From the NCBI GenBank assembly GCA_016192685.1, contig JACPTS010000001.1, positions 311,647 through 375,646 on the forward strand: a DNA stretch of 64,000 nucleotides, given 5' to 3'. The notes under the pieces were generated by a model. That model was not told the DNA's origin and did not search any database. It was given only the letters and a program-made list of their open reading frames with translations. Shown piece by piece: positions 1 to 9,538 of the stretch. Positions within the stretch are counted from its first letter, which is position 1. Each line of letters starts with the position of its first letter. Source of the DNA: Candidatus Harrisonbacteria bacterium. Its GTDB lineage: Bacteria > Patescibacteriota > Minisyncoccia > UBA6257 > 02-FULL-45-10c. Made by a program: the position numbers and the translations under genes.

Positions 1-253
1 ATCAATGGCGTTTTTGTGCCAGGAATTGAGAAAGAATTCGGTAAGCATTTCTTTTATTTGTCCATAGGTTGCTGGGAGCGGTTGGCGGTTTTCTCTTGAT
101 CGTTGTATAAATCTTCCTATTGCATGCCCCCCGATAACTACTTTTGATTTGTCAATGTCTGCCTCGCTGGCTATGACTCTGTTGTCAATTATCACAGCGC
201 ACGCCTCCTTTTATTCAGAATTAACTGCTATTATAAATGATAGCACTAAACTA

Positions 254-2380
254 TTATTTTGTCAATTGCTTGATGGAAAGCCCGATTTTTCCGTTTTCCA
301 TTTTAACGATTTTTGCCCGGACAAAATCTCCCAATCTTAAGACATCTTCCACTTTTTTGACGTAACCTTCTTTTAATTCGGAAACGTGAATCATCCCGTC
401 TTTGCCGCCGCCGAATTCCACGATGGCGCCGAATTCCAGAATTTTCACCACGGTCCCCTCCACAATATCGCCGATTTTATATTCTTTGGTAATCGCCATT
501 ACCTCGGCAAGCGCCTTCTGTCCGGTTTCCTGATTAGCGGCAGTAATGAATACCCGGCCGTCGTCTTCTATATCTATAGTAGTGACGCCGGTTTTTTCAA
601 TAATGCCGTTAATTACTTTGCCGCCCGGACCGATTAACCCCCCGATTAATTCCGGATTAATTTGAAGCGAAATAATGCTTGGCGCGAACGGCGAAAGCTG
701 CGGCCGCGGCGCGGATAGAGCTTGATTCATGGTTTTTAAGATTTCCAGCCGGGCTTCTTTTGCCTGCGCTAAAGTTTTTTCCAGCATTTCCGGGGTAATG
801 CCCTGGATTTTGACATCCATCTGGATGGCAGTGACGCCGGAATCCGTGCCGGCGGCTTTAAAATCCATATCGCCATGATGGTCTTCCGGGCCCTGGATAT
901 CAGTCAAAACCTTATAGGACTTATTGGACTTATTAGTTTTATCGGACTGATCAATCATAAGCCCCATCGCAATTCCGGCAGCCGGCTTTCTAATTGGCAC
1001 TCCGGCATCCATCAGTGATAAACTGCCGGCGCAAACCGTGGCCATGGAAGAAGAGCCGTTGGAAGAAAGAATTTCGGAAACCAAACGGATAGTATAAGGA
1101 AATTGTTCCTGTGCTGGAATTAAATTCCGGAGCGCTTTGTGGGCGAGATTGCCGTGGCCGATATCTCTTCGGCCCGGGCCGCGGAATGGGCCGATTTCCC
1201 CGACCGAATACGGCGGGAAATTGTAATGAAGCAAAAATCGGCGCTTGCCGGAAAATTCAACGGTTTCCACCAGTTGCTGGTCTCCCGGAGCGCCGAGAGT
1301 GGTGACCCCCAGAGCTTGGGTATTGCCGCGAATAAATAAAGCCGAGCCGTGGACGCGCGGCAAAAGCGCCACTTCGGAATGAAGCTCCCGAAGCTCGTTT
1401 AATTTCCGGCCGTCCGGCCGTTTTTCTTCCTTAAGAATTTTTTCGTGGACTAAGTCGTTGATTTCTTCTTCAAAAAGATTATTGGCCGCGATTAGCTCCT
1501 TTTCGGAATATTCCTTTTTTTCCAAATGTTCTTTCAGGGAATTTTTTAAGCCGCCCAAATTTTCATACATTTCCTGTTTATTGGGATTATAAACCGCTTT
1601 TTCCAGTTTGTTTTTGAGGAAACTCTTAATTTCTTTTTTTAATTTTTCATCCGGTTCAGCGAGGCCGACTTTTGCTTTCGGCTTGCCGATTTCTTTAATA
1701 ATAGTTTCTTGCCAATGGATAAGTTTTTGAATTTCTTTGTGTCCCTCGGAAAAGGCCCGCACTACTTCTGATTCTTGCGCTTCATTGCCTTCCAGCTCAA
1801 TCATATTTATCCGTTCTTTGGTTCCGGAGAGAAAAGCGTCCATTTCCATTTGGGCATTGGCAGTTTCGCTTAAATTGGGATTAAATTTTACTTCGGAAGC
1901 GCCTTTGGTTTTAAATATTTTTACTCCGGCCACCGGACCGTCCCAGGGAATCGGAGATATGGCAAGCGCCGCGGAAGCGGCCAGCAAGCCGATAAAATCC
2001 GGGTCATTTTCTCCGTCATAAGTTAAGACCGTTACTACCAGCTGGATTTCCCGCCGCATTTTTTGGTCAAAAAGCGGGCGGATGGTCCGGTCAATCAGCC
2101 GTCCGGTAAGAATTGCTTCGTCTGAAGACCGCCCCTCGCGCCGGACAAAGCGGCTGCCAAGAATTTTCCCGGCGGCATAAAATTTTTCTTCGTAATTTAC
2201 CATCAGCGGGAAATAATCTTTATCAATGTCTTTTTTACTCATGACTACCGTTGCCAAAACAGTGGTGTCGCCATAGCGCCCAAGTACCGAAGCATCGGCT
2301 TGATCCGCCAAGCGGGAAACTTCCAGCGTCAGCGGCTTTCCGGCGAAATCCATTTTAAATTGTTTCCGTCCTAAATTCAT
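254..2380 (-). CDS. pnp: polynucleotide phosphorylase (PNPase)
   Basis: 708 aa; two RNase PH-like cores, KH and C-terminal S1 domain (GDIVEGTVVKILEFGAIVEF...); lies downstream of rpsO as in the classical rpsO-pnp locus. Confidence 0.9.
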   Translation of the reverse strand: MNLGRKQFKMDFAGKPLTLEVSRLADQADASVLGRYGDTTVLATVVMSKKDIDKDYFPLMVNYEEKFYAAGKILGSRFVRREGRSSDEAILTGRLIDRTIRPLFDQKMRREIQLVVTVLTYDGENDPDFIGLLAASAALAISPIPWDGPVAGVKIFKTKGASEVKFNPNLSETANAQMEMDAFLSGTKERINMIELEGNEAQESEVVRAFSEGHKEIQKLIHWQETIIKEIGKPKAKVGLAEPDEKLKKEIKSFLKNKLEKAVYNPNKQEMYENLGGLKNSLKEHLEKKEYSEKELIAANNLFEEEINDLVHEKILKEEKRPDGRKLNELRELHSEVALLPRVHGSALFIRGNTQALGVTTLGAPGDQQLVETVEFSGKRRFLLHYNFPPYSVGEIGPFRGPGRRDIGHGNLAHKALRNLIPAQEQFPYTIRLVSEILSSNGSSSMATVCAGSLSLMDAGVPIRKPAAGIAMGLMIDQSDKTNKSNKSYKVLTDIQGPEDHHGDMDFKAAGTDSGVTAIQMDVKIQGITPEMLEKTLAQAKEARLEILKTMNQALSAPRPQLSPFAPSIISLQINPELIGGLIGPGGKVINGIIEKTGVTTIDIEDDGRVFITAANQETGQKALAEVMAITKEYKIGDIVEGTVVKILEFGAIVEFGGGKDGMIHVSELKEGYVKKVEDVLRLGDFVRAKIVKMENGKIGLSIKQLTK

Positions 2381-2383
2381 AGT

Positions 2384-2902
2384 TTATTTTTTAAGCAGCA
2401 TTTTTGGCATTTCACCCAAATCAATAAATTCATCGGCTACCTCTTTTATTTTTCCGGAAGCGCTGCGGCCAAAAGCCGCCACTTCTACCGTCAGCCCTTT
2501 GCCCCATTTTAAATATTCCACCAGCGGGATAAAATCTCCGTCGCCGGTAACTAAAATTACCACGTCTAAAAGTTCGGACATTCGGATGGCGTCTACCGCC
2601 ATGCCCACGTCCCAATCCGCTTTTTTCATTCCGCCGGCGTAAATCTGCAAATCTTTGCTCCGAAGTTCCAAACCAGCCTTCACCAAAGCGTCAAAAAATT
2701 CCGCTTCGCCTTTGGCGGTTTCGCTTTTTACCACGTATGCCATGGCGCTGATAAGTTTTCGCCCGGCCACCAGCTCTTTCATCAATTCTTTATAATTGAC
2801 CCGAGCGTGATATAAGTTTTTAGAAGAGTGGTAGAGATTTTGGATGTCAATAAAAATTCCTACTCTCTGATCTTTTCGCTTCATTTGCTTTATGTAACGC
2901 AA
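2384..2902 (-). CDS. NYN/LabA-like (PIN-like) domain protein, predicted RNase
   Basis: 172 aa; GIFIDIQNLYH...VILVTGDGDF motif typical of NYN/LabA (DUF88); stop lies 3 bp from the pnp start (translational coupling). Confidence 0.65.
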   Translation of the reverse strand: MRYIKQMKRKDQRVGIFIDIQNLYHSSKNLYHARVNYKELMKELVAGRKLISAMAYVVKSETAKGEAEFFDALVKAGLELRSKDLQIYAGGMKKADWDVGMAVDAIRMSELLDVVILVTGDGDFIPLVEYLKWGKGLTVEVAAFGRSASGKIKEVADEFIDLGEMPKMLLKK

Positions 2903-2970
2903 ACGATGCGAACATATACGGATACTGCCAACAAATTATTTTGTTCGCGGCATTCGCATACATTCGCCCG

Positions 2971-3005
2971 TCCTCCGCAGTAGCTGTCGCTACAGCTACG
3001 GAGGA
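2971..3005 (-). promoter_or_regulatory. GC-rich stem-loop in the rpsO 3'UTR / leader of NYN-pnp
   Basis: imperfect inverted repeat tcctccg-cagtagctg...cagctac-cggagga, preceded by another inverted repeat gcgaaca...tgttcgc; no U-run follows on the minus strand, so more a processing/regulatory hairpin than an intrinsic terminator. Confidence 0.45.
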
Positions 3006-3027
3006 TGGATAGGTTTGCATTGTGTAT

Positions 3028-3294
3028 TTATTTTTTTAATCCTAATTTTTTAATTAAAGTAGTATAAGTTTTTGAATTTCTCTTGGAGAGATAATCCAAT
3101 AACCTTTTTCTTTTGCCGACCATTTTTAATAGCCCTCTTCGGGAGAGGTTGTCTTTCCGGTGCTTTTTAAGGTGTCCGGTTAATTCTTCAATGTTTTTGG
3201 TTAAAAGCGCCACCTGTACCTGGGGTGAACCAGTGTCGGTCTCGTGCTCGCCGTGTTCTTTTAAAATATTCAATTTTTGCCTGGTAGTTAACAT
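3028..3294 (-). CDS. rpsO: 30S ribosomal protein S15
   Basis: 88 aa, typical S15 sequence ([39 protein letters not shown]). Confidence 0.9.
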   Translation of the reverse strand: MLTTRQKLNILKEHGEHETDTGSPQVQVALLTKNIEELTGHLKKHRKDNLSRRGLLKMVGKRKRLLDYLSKRNSKTYTTLIKKLGLKK

Positions 3295-3374
3295 TGTTAT
3301 TTATTATATTATATTTCTTTAAAAAAATCAAGCCCTTTATCTGTCGCAAAACGTTTTCCTGATATAATGAAAAT

Positions 3375-4286
3375 ATGGCATCAATCGAAAAATCTTTAAA
3401 AGACTACCTGGATTATCTGGAAATTGAGAAAAATCGTTCGCCGAAAACGCGGGAGAATTACGAACGATATTTAAAAGCATTTATAAATTTTTCTAAAATT
3501 AAAAAGCCGGAAAAAATTACGGCGGAAAATATAAAAAACTTCCGGGCGCATTTGGCAAGAAAAGAAAATCTTAAGAAGCTGACACAAACTTATTACGCCA
3601 TTGCCATAAGGAACTTTTTAAAATATCTGATTAAAAACGATTACGAAGTTTTATCGCCGGACAAAATTGAATTGCCCAAAATCGCCCGACGGCAGATTGA
3701 TATTATTGAATACGCGGATTTGGAAAGGTTTTTAGCGGCGCCGGCGCAAAACACTTTGCGCGGCCTGCGGGACCGGGCGATTTTGGAAATGCTTTTTTCC
3801 ACCGGCCTCCGTATTTCCGAACTTTGTAATTTAGACCGCTATCTTAATTTAAATCGCGGAGAAATCACGGTTCGCGGTAAGGGTGAAAAATTAAGAGTGG
3901 TATTTTTGTCTGACCGCGCCAAAGCCGCGATAAAAAATTGGCTGGACAAACGCACCGATACTTTGGAACATTTGTTTATCAGCTTTTCTAAACAGACTTC
4001 GCCGCTTGCCCAGCCGAAAGTAATCGGAAAAATCACGCCGCGGGCAGTCCAGCGCTTGGTGGAATTTTATCGCCGCAAAGCCGGCATCGCCAAAAATATT
4101 ACTCCCCACCAACTTCGCCACCAATTTGCCACTGATTTATTGGTGAACGGCGCGGATTTGCGTTCGGTGCAGGAACTGCTTGGCCACAGCAATATCTCTA
4201 CTACCCAAATTTATACTCATCTTACCAATAAAGAATTGCGGGAAGTCCATAAATCTTTTCATGCCGCCCGCCGGAAGCGATATTGA
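3375..4286 (+). CDS. tyrosine site-specific recombinase, XerC/XerD family
   Basis: 303 aa; N-terminal SAM-like core-binding domain; catalytic R...K...HxLRH...Y (HQLRHQFATDL, GHSNISTTQIYTHL). Confidence 0.85.
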   Translation: MASIEKSLKDYLDYLEIEKNRSPKTRENYERYLKAFINFSKIKKPEKITAENIKNFRAHLARKENLKKLTQTYYAIAIRNFLKYLIKNDYEVLSPDKIELPKIARRQIDIIEYADLERFLAAPAQNTLRGLRDRAILEMLFSTGLRISELCNLDRYLNLNRGEITVRGKGEKLRVVFLSDRAKAAIKNWLDKRTDTLEHLFISFSKQTSPLAQPKVIGKITPRAVQRLVEFYRRKAGIAKNITPHQLRHQFATDLLVNGADLRSVQELLGHSNISTTQIYTHLTNKELREVHKSFHAARRKRY

Positions 4287-4353
4287 CTTTCGTTTATAAT
4301 TATGTTATAAATTTATAAGCTGTTCGTTAATTCTTACATAAAGGGGAGGGATA

Positions 4354-4557
4354 ATGACGATAAATCCGGGCTTCAGGGACAGAAGTCTTACGGCGGTGGA
4401 AAGGAGAGCCGCAGAGCTGATTCCGGCAGAGGAAAAGTTGGACAAGGTTCTGCCTATTCTTCAGCAGGCGAATAACCTGCGAGTGTGTGACCGGTGCGGC
4501 ATGTTCCGGAAAGTCTGCCGAAGTTCCTGCCGGAAACACCCCGTCTTACGTCCCTAA
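4354..4557 (+). CDS. small Cys-rich hypothetical protein (GC-rich, likely acquired)
   Basis: 67 aa; strong SD aaaggggaggg 7 nt upstream of ATG; CDRCGMFRKVCRSSC cysteine cluster; GC content clearly above neighbours; followed by a strong intrinsic terminator. Confidence 0.45.
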   Translation: MTINPGFRDRSLTAVERRAAELIPAEEKLDKVLPILQQANNLRVCDRCGMFRKVCRSSCRKHPVLRP

Positions 4558-4566
4558 GCTGATTCA

Positions 4567-4600
4567 AAAAAGCCCATTCTCAATTGAGAATGGGCTTTTA
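4567..4600. terminator. bidirectional intrinsic terminator
   Basis: aaaagcccattctc-aatt-gagaatgggctttt hairpin between convergent genes. Confidence 0.7.
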
Positions 4601-5272
4601 GCTTAAAAATATCCTCCAGACAGCATCAGTCGCGCCGTGAACAAGGATGGGTACTATTATATTTTCCGATTCCAGATAGGCAAGGCCGTAAATAAGGCCA
4701 GCCAGAAATGCCAGGCCAACATATTTCCAATTGGGGAAAATTCCGCCGCCGGAAAGATGGCTGTAAATGCAGGCAAAAATTGCCGTAGTAATTAAAAGCG
4801 CCAGCCAATCATTCACCCATTTTCTTAATAAGTTAAGAATCAGGCCGCGGAAAATTAATTCTTCGCTTGGCGCCACAAACAGGAAATAGCCGGCAAACGT
4901 TTCCAGGATTAATTTTGGATTTTCAATCGGATGGAATTTTAAAAATCCGATGGCAAAACCGATTGGCAGAATCAGCACTGCCAGCATAGCAAGATAATCC
5001 CTTATCAGCAGAAGTTCATATTTAGAAAAGCTAAAATTTAATTTAATGCCACGGTTTTTTAAGTAGAAAAGCGCCAGCAGAATTAAAATAGTCGCGGAGA
5101 TTTCATAAGCATAGCCAAGGCCCAAATCAATAAGATAATTTTGCCAAATCTTTAAATTAAAAATCTGCCACGAACTTAAAAAGAATAAAATATCCCAGCG
5201 ATTTAAAGAATTCGTATTTTTAGTTTTCAAAATACAGCAAAGAGATAAGGCAATGCTTAACCAAAAAAGCAT
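4598..5272 (-). CDS. CPBP-family intramembrane metalloprotease (CAAX protease-like)
   Basis: 224 aa polytopic; EELIFRG, FxxxH and HGxxD motifs of the CPBP/Abi family. Confidence 0.75.
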   Translation of the reverse strand: MLFWLSIALSLCCILKTKNTNSLNRWDILFFLSSWQIFNLKIWQNYLIDLGLGYAYEISATILILLALFYLKNRGIKLNFSFSKYELLLIRDYLAMLAVLILPIGFAIGFLKFHPIENPKLILETFAGYFLFVAPSEELIFRGLILNLLRKWVNDWLALLITTAIFACIYSHLSGGGIFPNWKYVGLAFLAGLIYGLAYLESENIIVPILVHGATDAVWRIFLS

Positions 5273-5336
5273 TTATCCTCCATTTACTTTCTTAAAAGAG
5301 ATTATCAGAAAAAATTTACTTTTTCAATTTCCGAAC

Positions 5337-5421
5337 TGGTGCTCGGGGTGGGACTCGAACCCACATGCCTTGCGGCGCATCCTCTTAAGGGATGTGCGTA
5401 TGCCATTTCGCCACCCGAGCA
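5337..5421 (-). tRNA. tRNA-Leu(TAA)
   Basis: cloverleaf with long variable arm, anticodon loop cuUAAga, CCA encoded. Confidence 0.85.
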
Positions 5422-5464
5422 TTTTTAGAATTTTAAATTGTTTAATTATAAAATTCAAATTTTG

Positions 5465-5536
5465 AGGCCACGGCCGGAATCGAACCGGCGAATAACTCTT
5501 TTGCAGAGAGTTGCCTTACCACTTGGCTACGTGGCC
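5465..5536 (-). tRNA. tRNA-Cys(GCA)
   Basis: cloverleaf, anticodon loop cuGCAaa, TTCGATT T-loop. Confidence 0.8.
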
Positions 5537-5551
5537 AACAAAATCATTTTA

Positions 5552-5896
5552 TTAGTTTTTTTGCTCTTTTTCAATCTTTATAAAAGTTTTTTCAATTTCC
5601 GCCGCTTTTTCTAATCCCAAATCTAACTTAAATCTAATTTCCGGCATCGGCTTGATATTTATTTTTTTCAAAAGCAAATGCCGCAAATTTTTCTGATTTT
5701 GAATTAAAATTTTCAATACTTCTTCGCCTTTTTCAGCCGGAATTACGGAAACCTTAACTGCCGCGTAATCCAAATCCTTTTGCGCCTCTACTCCAACCAC
5801 CGTCATCAAAGCCCCGGGAAATTCCAGTTCTTTTAAAATAAGCTTGTCTAACTCTTCTCTTATTAAACTTTCCACCCTTTGATGCCGTTGGTACAT
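5552..5896 (-). CDS. rbfA: ribosome-binding factor A
   Basis: 114 aa, RbfA KH-like fold sequence; immediately downstream of infB (conserved infB-rbfA order). Confidence 0.85.
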   Translation of the reverse strand: MYQRHQRVESLIREELDKLILKELEFPGALMTVVGVEAQKDLDYAAVKVSVIPAEKGEEVLKILIQNQKNLRHLLLKKINIKPMPEIRFKLDLGLEKAAEIEKTFIKIEKEQKN

Positions 5897-7380
5897 TACT
5901 TAGATAGAAGTTTATCTCCAACCTGGATTTTAATATCGGATTCAAAAATCAGCCCGCACTCATTGCCCTCATTCACGGCATTAACATCTTTTTTCCCTTG
6001 CTGAAGATTTAAAACTTTTCCCTTGCCGATAATTTCTTCGCCCCTTTGTATTTCCAGCCAGGATTTTATCCTAATCTGCCCGCGATTAACCCGGCCGCCG
6101 ATAGTTTGTTTGCCGCCCTTCGCGCCGAAAACGGCCAGGATTTCCAGCTCGCCGCTGTATTTGCTTTTGCCCATTTCCAAAAAGGTTTTCTCAATTCCTT
6201 CCACTAATTTATAAATAATTTCATCTGTTACTATAGTAATTTCCTGCGCCCGCGCTAAATTTTCCGCGGCTTTATTCGGTTTAGTCCGGAACCCTAAAAT
6301 CATCGCTTTGGTGGCGACGGCGTCTTTGATATCGCCATCGGTAATTTCCCCGACCGATTGGCCGATAACATCCAAAGTCTGATTTTCTTTAATTGGAATT
6401 TTTCGCAAAAGATCATGCAGGGCTTCCAATGAGCCGGCGACATCGGCTTTTAAAATTACTTTGATAGTCTGGGATTCTTTATTGCTGGTGTCTGAAGCCC
6501 CCAATTTTTTGGATGCCGTTTTAGTAACTTTTTTCAAGTCTTCTTCAGAAAGCTGGCCAGAAATAAATTCTTCGCCGATCTCCGGCAAACTTTCAAATCC
6601 TAAAATTACCGCCGGACTGGACGGCTGAAGTTCGGTTACCGGTTTTCCCAAAAAATTTTCTAAAATTTTTACCTTGCCTTTGGCGGTGGCAGTCGCAATA
6701 AGGTCTCCTTTTTTTAGTCCTCCGTCTTTTAAAATAACCGTGACTGTATTTCCTCGCTTATTGTCTAATTTTGCTTCTAAAATTACTCCGGCAGCCCGGT
6801 GTTCTGGATTATAATGAAGTTCTTCTAAGTCGGCAGTAAGCAAAATTAAATCTAGAAGCTCATTGATACCCTCGCCGGTTTTGGAAGAAACGCCTTGATG
6901 ACTGATATTGCCGCCATAACCTTCCAATAATACGCCGTTGGCGGTTAAATCATTTTTTACCCTTTCTAAATCCGCGTTTGGCTTGTCGGTTTTTGTCATT
7001 GCCACCACAAAAGGCGTTTCCGAATCTTGCAGGGCTTTCAAGGCTTCTTTGGTTTGCGGTTTTACCCCTTCGTCAGCGGCAACCACTAAAATTCCGACAT
7101 CTGCCACATGCGCGCCCCGAACCCGCATCTTGGAAAACGCCTCGTGTCCGGGAGTATCAATAAAAGTGATTTTTCGGCCGCCATGCTCAATTTCATAAGC
7201 GCCAACCGATTGAGTTATACCCCCGGCCTCTTTTAAGGCAACGTTAGTTTTTCGGACATAATCAAGCAAACTGGTTTTGCCGTGGTCAACATGCCCAACC
7301 ACTACTACCACCGGCGGGCGCTTTTCAGCCATAGGCTGATCCGCCTTCGGCGGAAAATTTTTCACATTTTCTTCATTCAT
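5896..7380 (-). CDS. infB: translation initiation factor IF-2 (short form lacking N-terminal domains)
   Basis: 494 aa; G-domain VVVVVGHVDHGKTSLLD, DTPGHEAF, NKxD; C-terminal beta-barrel domains. Confidence 0.9.
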   Translation of the reverse strand: MNEENVKNFPPKADQPMAEKRPPVVVVVGHVDHGKTSLLDYVRKTNVALKEAGGITQSVGAYEIEHGGRKITFIDTPGHEAFSKMRVRGAHVADVGILVVAADEGVKPQTKEALKALQDSETPFVVAMTKTDKPNADLERVKNDLTANGVLLEGYGGNISHQGVSSKTGEGINELLDLILLTADLEELHYNPEHRAAGVILEAKLDNKRGNTVTVILKDGGLKKGDLIATATAKGKVKILENFLGKPVTELQPSSPAVILGFESLPEIGEEFISGQLSEEDLKKVTKTASKKLGASDTSNKESQTIKVILKADVAGSLEALHDLLRKIPIKENQTLDVIGQSVGEITDGDIKDAVATKAMILGFRTKPNKAAENLARAQEITIVTDEIIYKLVEGIEKTFLEMGKSKYSGELEILAVFGAKGGKQTIGGRVNRGQIRIKSWLEIQRGEEIIGKGKVLNLQQGKKDVNAVNEGNECGLIFESDIKIQVGDKLLSK

Positions 7381-7453
7381 AAGGATTTACTTAAAATAAC
7401 AGAAAATTTAATAATTTACAAATATTAAAATTTAAATTAAACTCAATTGATAC

Positions 7454-7540
7454 GGAGGTGTGGCCGAGTGGCTTAAGGCAGCATCCTGCTAAGATGTTAA
7501 CCGGGAAACCGGTTCGAAGGTTCGAATCCTTCCACCTCCG
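7454..7540 (+). tRNA. tRNA-Ser(GCT)
   Basis: class II tRNA with long variable arm, anticodon loop cuGCUaa. Confidence 0.8.
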
Positions 7541-7556
7541 CAAAAATTAAAAATTT

Positions 7557-7994
7557 ATGAATTTTGAAAAAATGCCAAAAGAAAAAACAAAATTTTTAAT
7601 ATCGGAATCGGAACTGGAATTTGAAACCAGCCGGAGCGGCGGCAAAGGCGGCCAGAATGTTAATAAGGTGGAAACGAAAGTCGCAGTTCGCTGGGATTTC
7701 AGGAATTCGCCGGCCCTAACCGAAGAACAAAAATATTTGATTGCCGAAAATCCGATTCTTAAAAATAGAATCAATGAGGCGGGGGAAATACTTATCTATT
7801 CCCAAGCCGAACGTTCCCAGGCGCAAAATCGGGAAAAAGCGATTGTAATTTTAAATGATTTAGTGAATCAGGCGCTGGCAGTTCCGGAAGAGCGGAAAGA
7901 AACTAAAGTGCCAAGGCGGGAAAAAGAAAAACGGCTGGAAGAAAAAAGTAAAAAATCAGAAAAGAAAGCATTGAGAAAAAAAGAAAATTATTAA
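7557..7994 (+). CDS. arfB: alternative ribosome-rescue factor ArfB / peptidyl-tRNA hydrolase (GGQ domain)
   Basis: 145 aa; GGQ motif (SGGKGGQNVNKVETKV) plus basic C-terminal tail. Confidence 0.8.
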   Translation: MNFEKMPKEKTKFLISESELEFETSRSGGKGGQNVNKVETKVAVRWDFRNSPALTEEQKYLIAENPILKNRINEAGEILIYSQAERSQAQNREKAIVILNDLVNQALAVPEERKETKVPRREKEKRLEEKSKKSEKKALRKKENY

Positions 7995-8035
7995 ACGCCC
8001 CCGCTTTGCGGAGGCGTTTTTGTTAAAATTAAAAT

Positions 8036-8998
8036 ATGAAGATTAGAGTCGCGGTTTTAATGGGCGGGCCTTCGTCAGAACACGAGGTTTCTTTGAAAAC
8101 CGGGGAAATGATTTTAAAAAATTTGAATCCGGAAAAATTCGCGGCCTTTCCGGTAAAAATAGAGAAAAACGGCTCTTGGCCGATAACTTTAAAAGAATTA
8201 AAAGAGAAATGTGATATCGCTTTTATTGCCATGCACGGTGAATACGGCGAAGACGGCCAACTGCAAAGCATTTTGGAAGTTTTTAAAATTCCTTATACCG
8301 GTTCTGGGCCGATTGTGAGTGCTTTGGCGATAGACAAGCAAAAAACCGCTCAATTGCTTTCCCAAAACGGCTTGCTTGCCCCGGAGGCAATTTTGGTAAA
8401 AAGGAACGACTCCTATGCTGAATGGGCGATTCAGAAAAGCTTTTCTACCCCGTTAGTAATTAAGCCGGCTGACCGGGGATCAAGCGTTGGCGTAAGTTTA
8501 GTTTCCGTCCGGAATAAATTAAAAGAAGCCATTGCCCGGGCTGGTAATTATTCCGAATCCGTGATGGCCCAGCGTTATATTCAGGGGCGGGAAGTTACCT
8601 GCGGAGTTTTGGAAATCAACGGCACTGCTATCCCGCTGGTTCCCACCGAAATTATCCCGAAACAAGGAATAATTTTTGATTACCGTGCCAAATACGCGAT
8701 CGGCGGCTCTGACGAAATTACTCCGCCAAACCTTCCGAGAAAAACCGTTAAAAATATCCAGATGATTGCTTTGAAAGCGCATAAATTATTGGGATGTTCC
8801 GGAATGTCCAGAACTGATATGATATTAACTGACGCAGGAAATTTATATATTTTGGAATTAAACACTATTCCCGGAATGACGGAAACCAGCCTTTTGCCTC
8901 AGCAAGCGGCGGCGATGGGCATAAATTTTCCTCAGCTTTTAGAAATAATTATTCGTAGCAGCCTGCAAAAACACGAAAAGTATGGAAAAGGAAATTAA
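8036..8998 (+). CDS. ddl: D-alanine--D-alanine ligase
   Basis: 320 aa; ATP-grasp; N-terminal RVAVLMGGPSSEHEVSL typical of Ddl. Confidence 0.85.
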   Translation: MKIRVAVLMGGPSSEHEVSLKTGEMILKNLNPEKFAAFPVKIEKNGSWPITLKELKEKCDIAFIAMHGEYGEDGQLQSILEVFKIPYTGSGPIVSALAIDKQKTAQLLSQNGLLAPEAILVKRNDSYAEWAIQKSFSTPLVIKPADRGSSVGVSLVSVRNKLKEAIARAGNYSESVMAQRYIQGREVTCGVLEINGTAIPLVPTEIIPKQGIIFDYRAKYAIGGSDEITPPNLPRKTVKNIQMIALKAHKLLGCSGMSRTDMILTDAGNLYILELNTIPGMTETSLLPQQAAAMGINFPQLLEIIIRSSLQKHEKYGKGN

Positions 8999-9455
8999 AG
9001 AAATAATCTGGCAAGCGTCAGAATTTAAGTACCAGTATAAAGATGTTTCCTGGTACTGGCTGACGATTATCGCCGCCGGCATTTTATTTTTGGTTTCCCT
9101 CTGGCAGGGGAATTTTCTTTTCGCTTTATTTATCGTGATTGCCGAAGCCACTCTGCTTTTTTGGGCTAAGGAACTGCCGAAAGTTATTCATTTTAAACTG
9201 GACAAAAAAGGCATTCAACTGGGGAAAATAAAATCTTATCAATACGAAGATTTAAAAGGATTTCATATCCGGGAAAGGGAGGAGGGGGCTTCGGAATTAA
9301 TTTTAAAAACCAGGAATAAGCTGCATCCTTATCTTAAAATTTTAATCGTTAATAAAGATATTCCGGAAATTAAAGAATTTTTAAAAAAGCATTTGGAGGA
9401 AATAGAATACGAGGAATCTTTATCCGAAAGCTTAGCCGAAAAGATTGGATTTTAA
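8982..9455 (+). CDS. hypothetical membrane protein
   Basis: 157 aa, two predicted TM helices, no recognisable domain. Confidence 0.5.
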   Translation: MEKEIKEIIWQASEFKYQYKDVSWYWLTIIAAGILFLVSLWQGNFLFALFIVIAEATLLFWAKELPKVIHFKLDKKGIQLGKIKSYQYEDLKGFHIREREEGASELILKTRNKLHPYLKILIVNKDIPEIKEFLKKHLEEIEYEESLSESLAEKIGF

Positions 9456-9487
9456 ATAAGATTTTTTGTCTTGGTATTGAAAAATAA

Positions 9488-9518
9488 TCCTAAAAGGATT
9501 ATTTTTTAATTAGATTCA
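9488..9518 (+). terminator. intrinsic terminator
   Basis: aaaaataatcc-taaaa-ggattatttttt. Confidence 0.6.
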
Positions 9519-9538
9519 AGATTGAAAACTGAAGACAG

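Noticed and set aside
2905-3025. Possible eighth, degenerate copy of the repeat family between rpsO and the NYN gene
   Set aside because: Only an 8-mer (CTCCGTAG) and a general hairpin architecture are shared. Boxes 1 and 2 are absent. It is treated as an independent regulatory hairpin.
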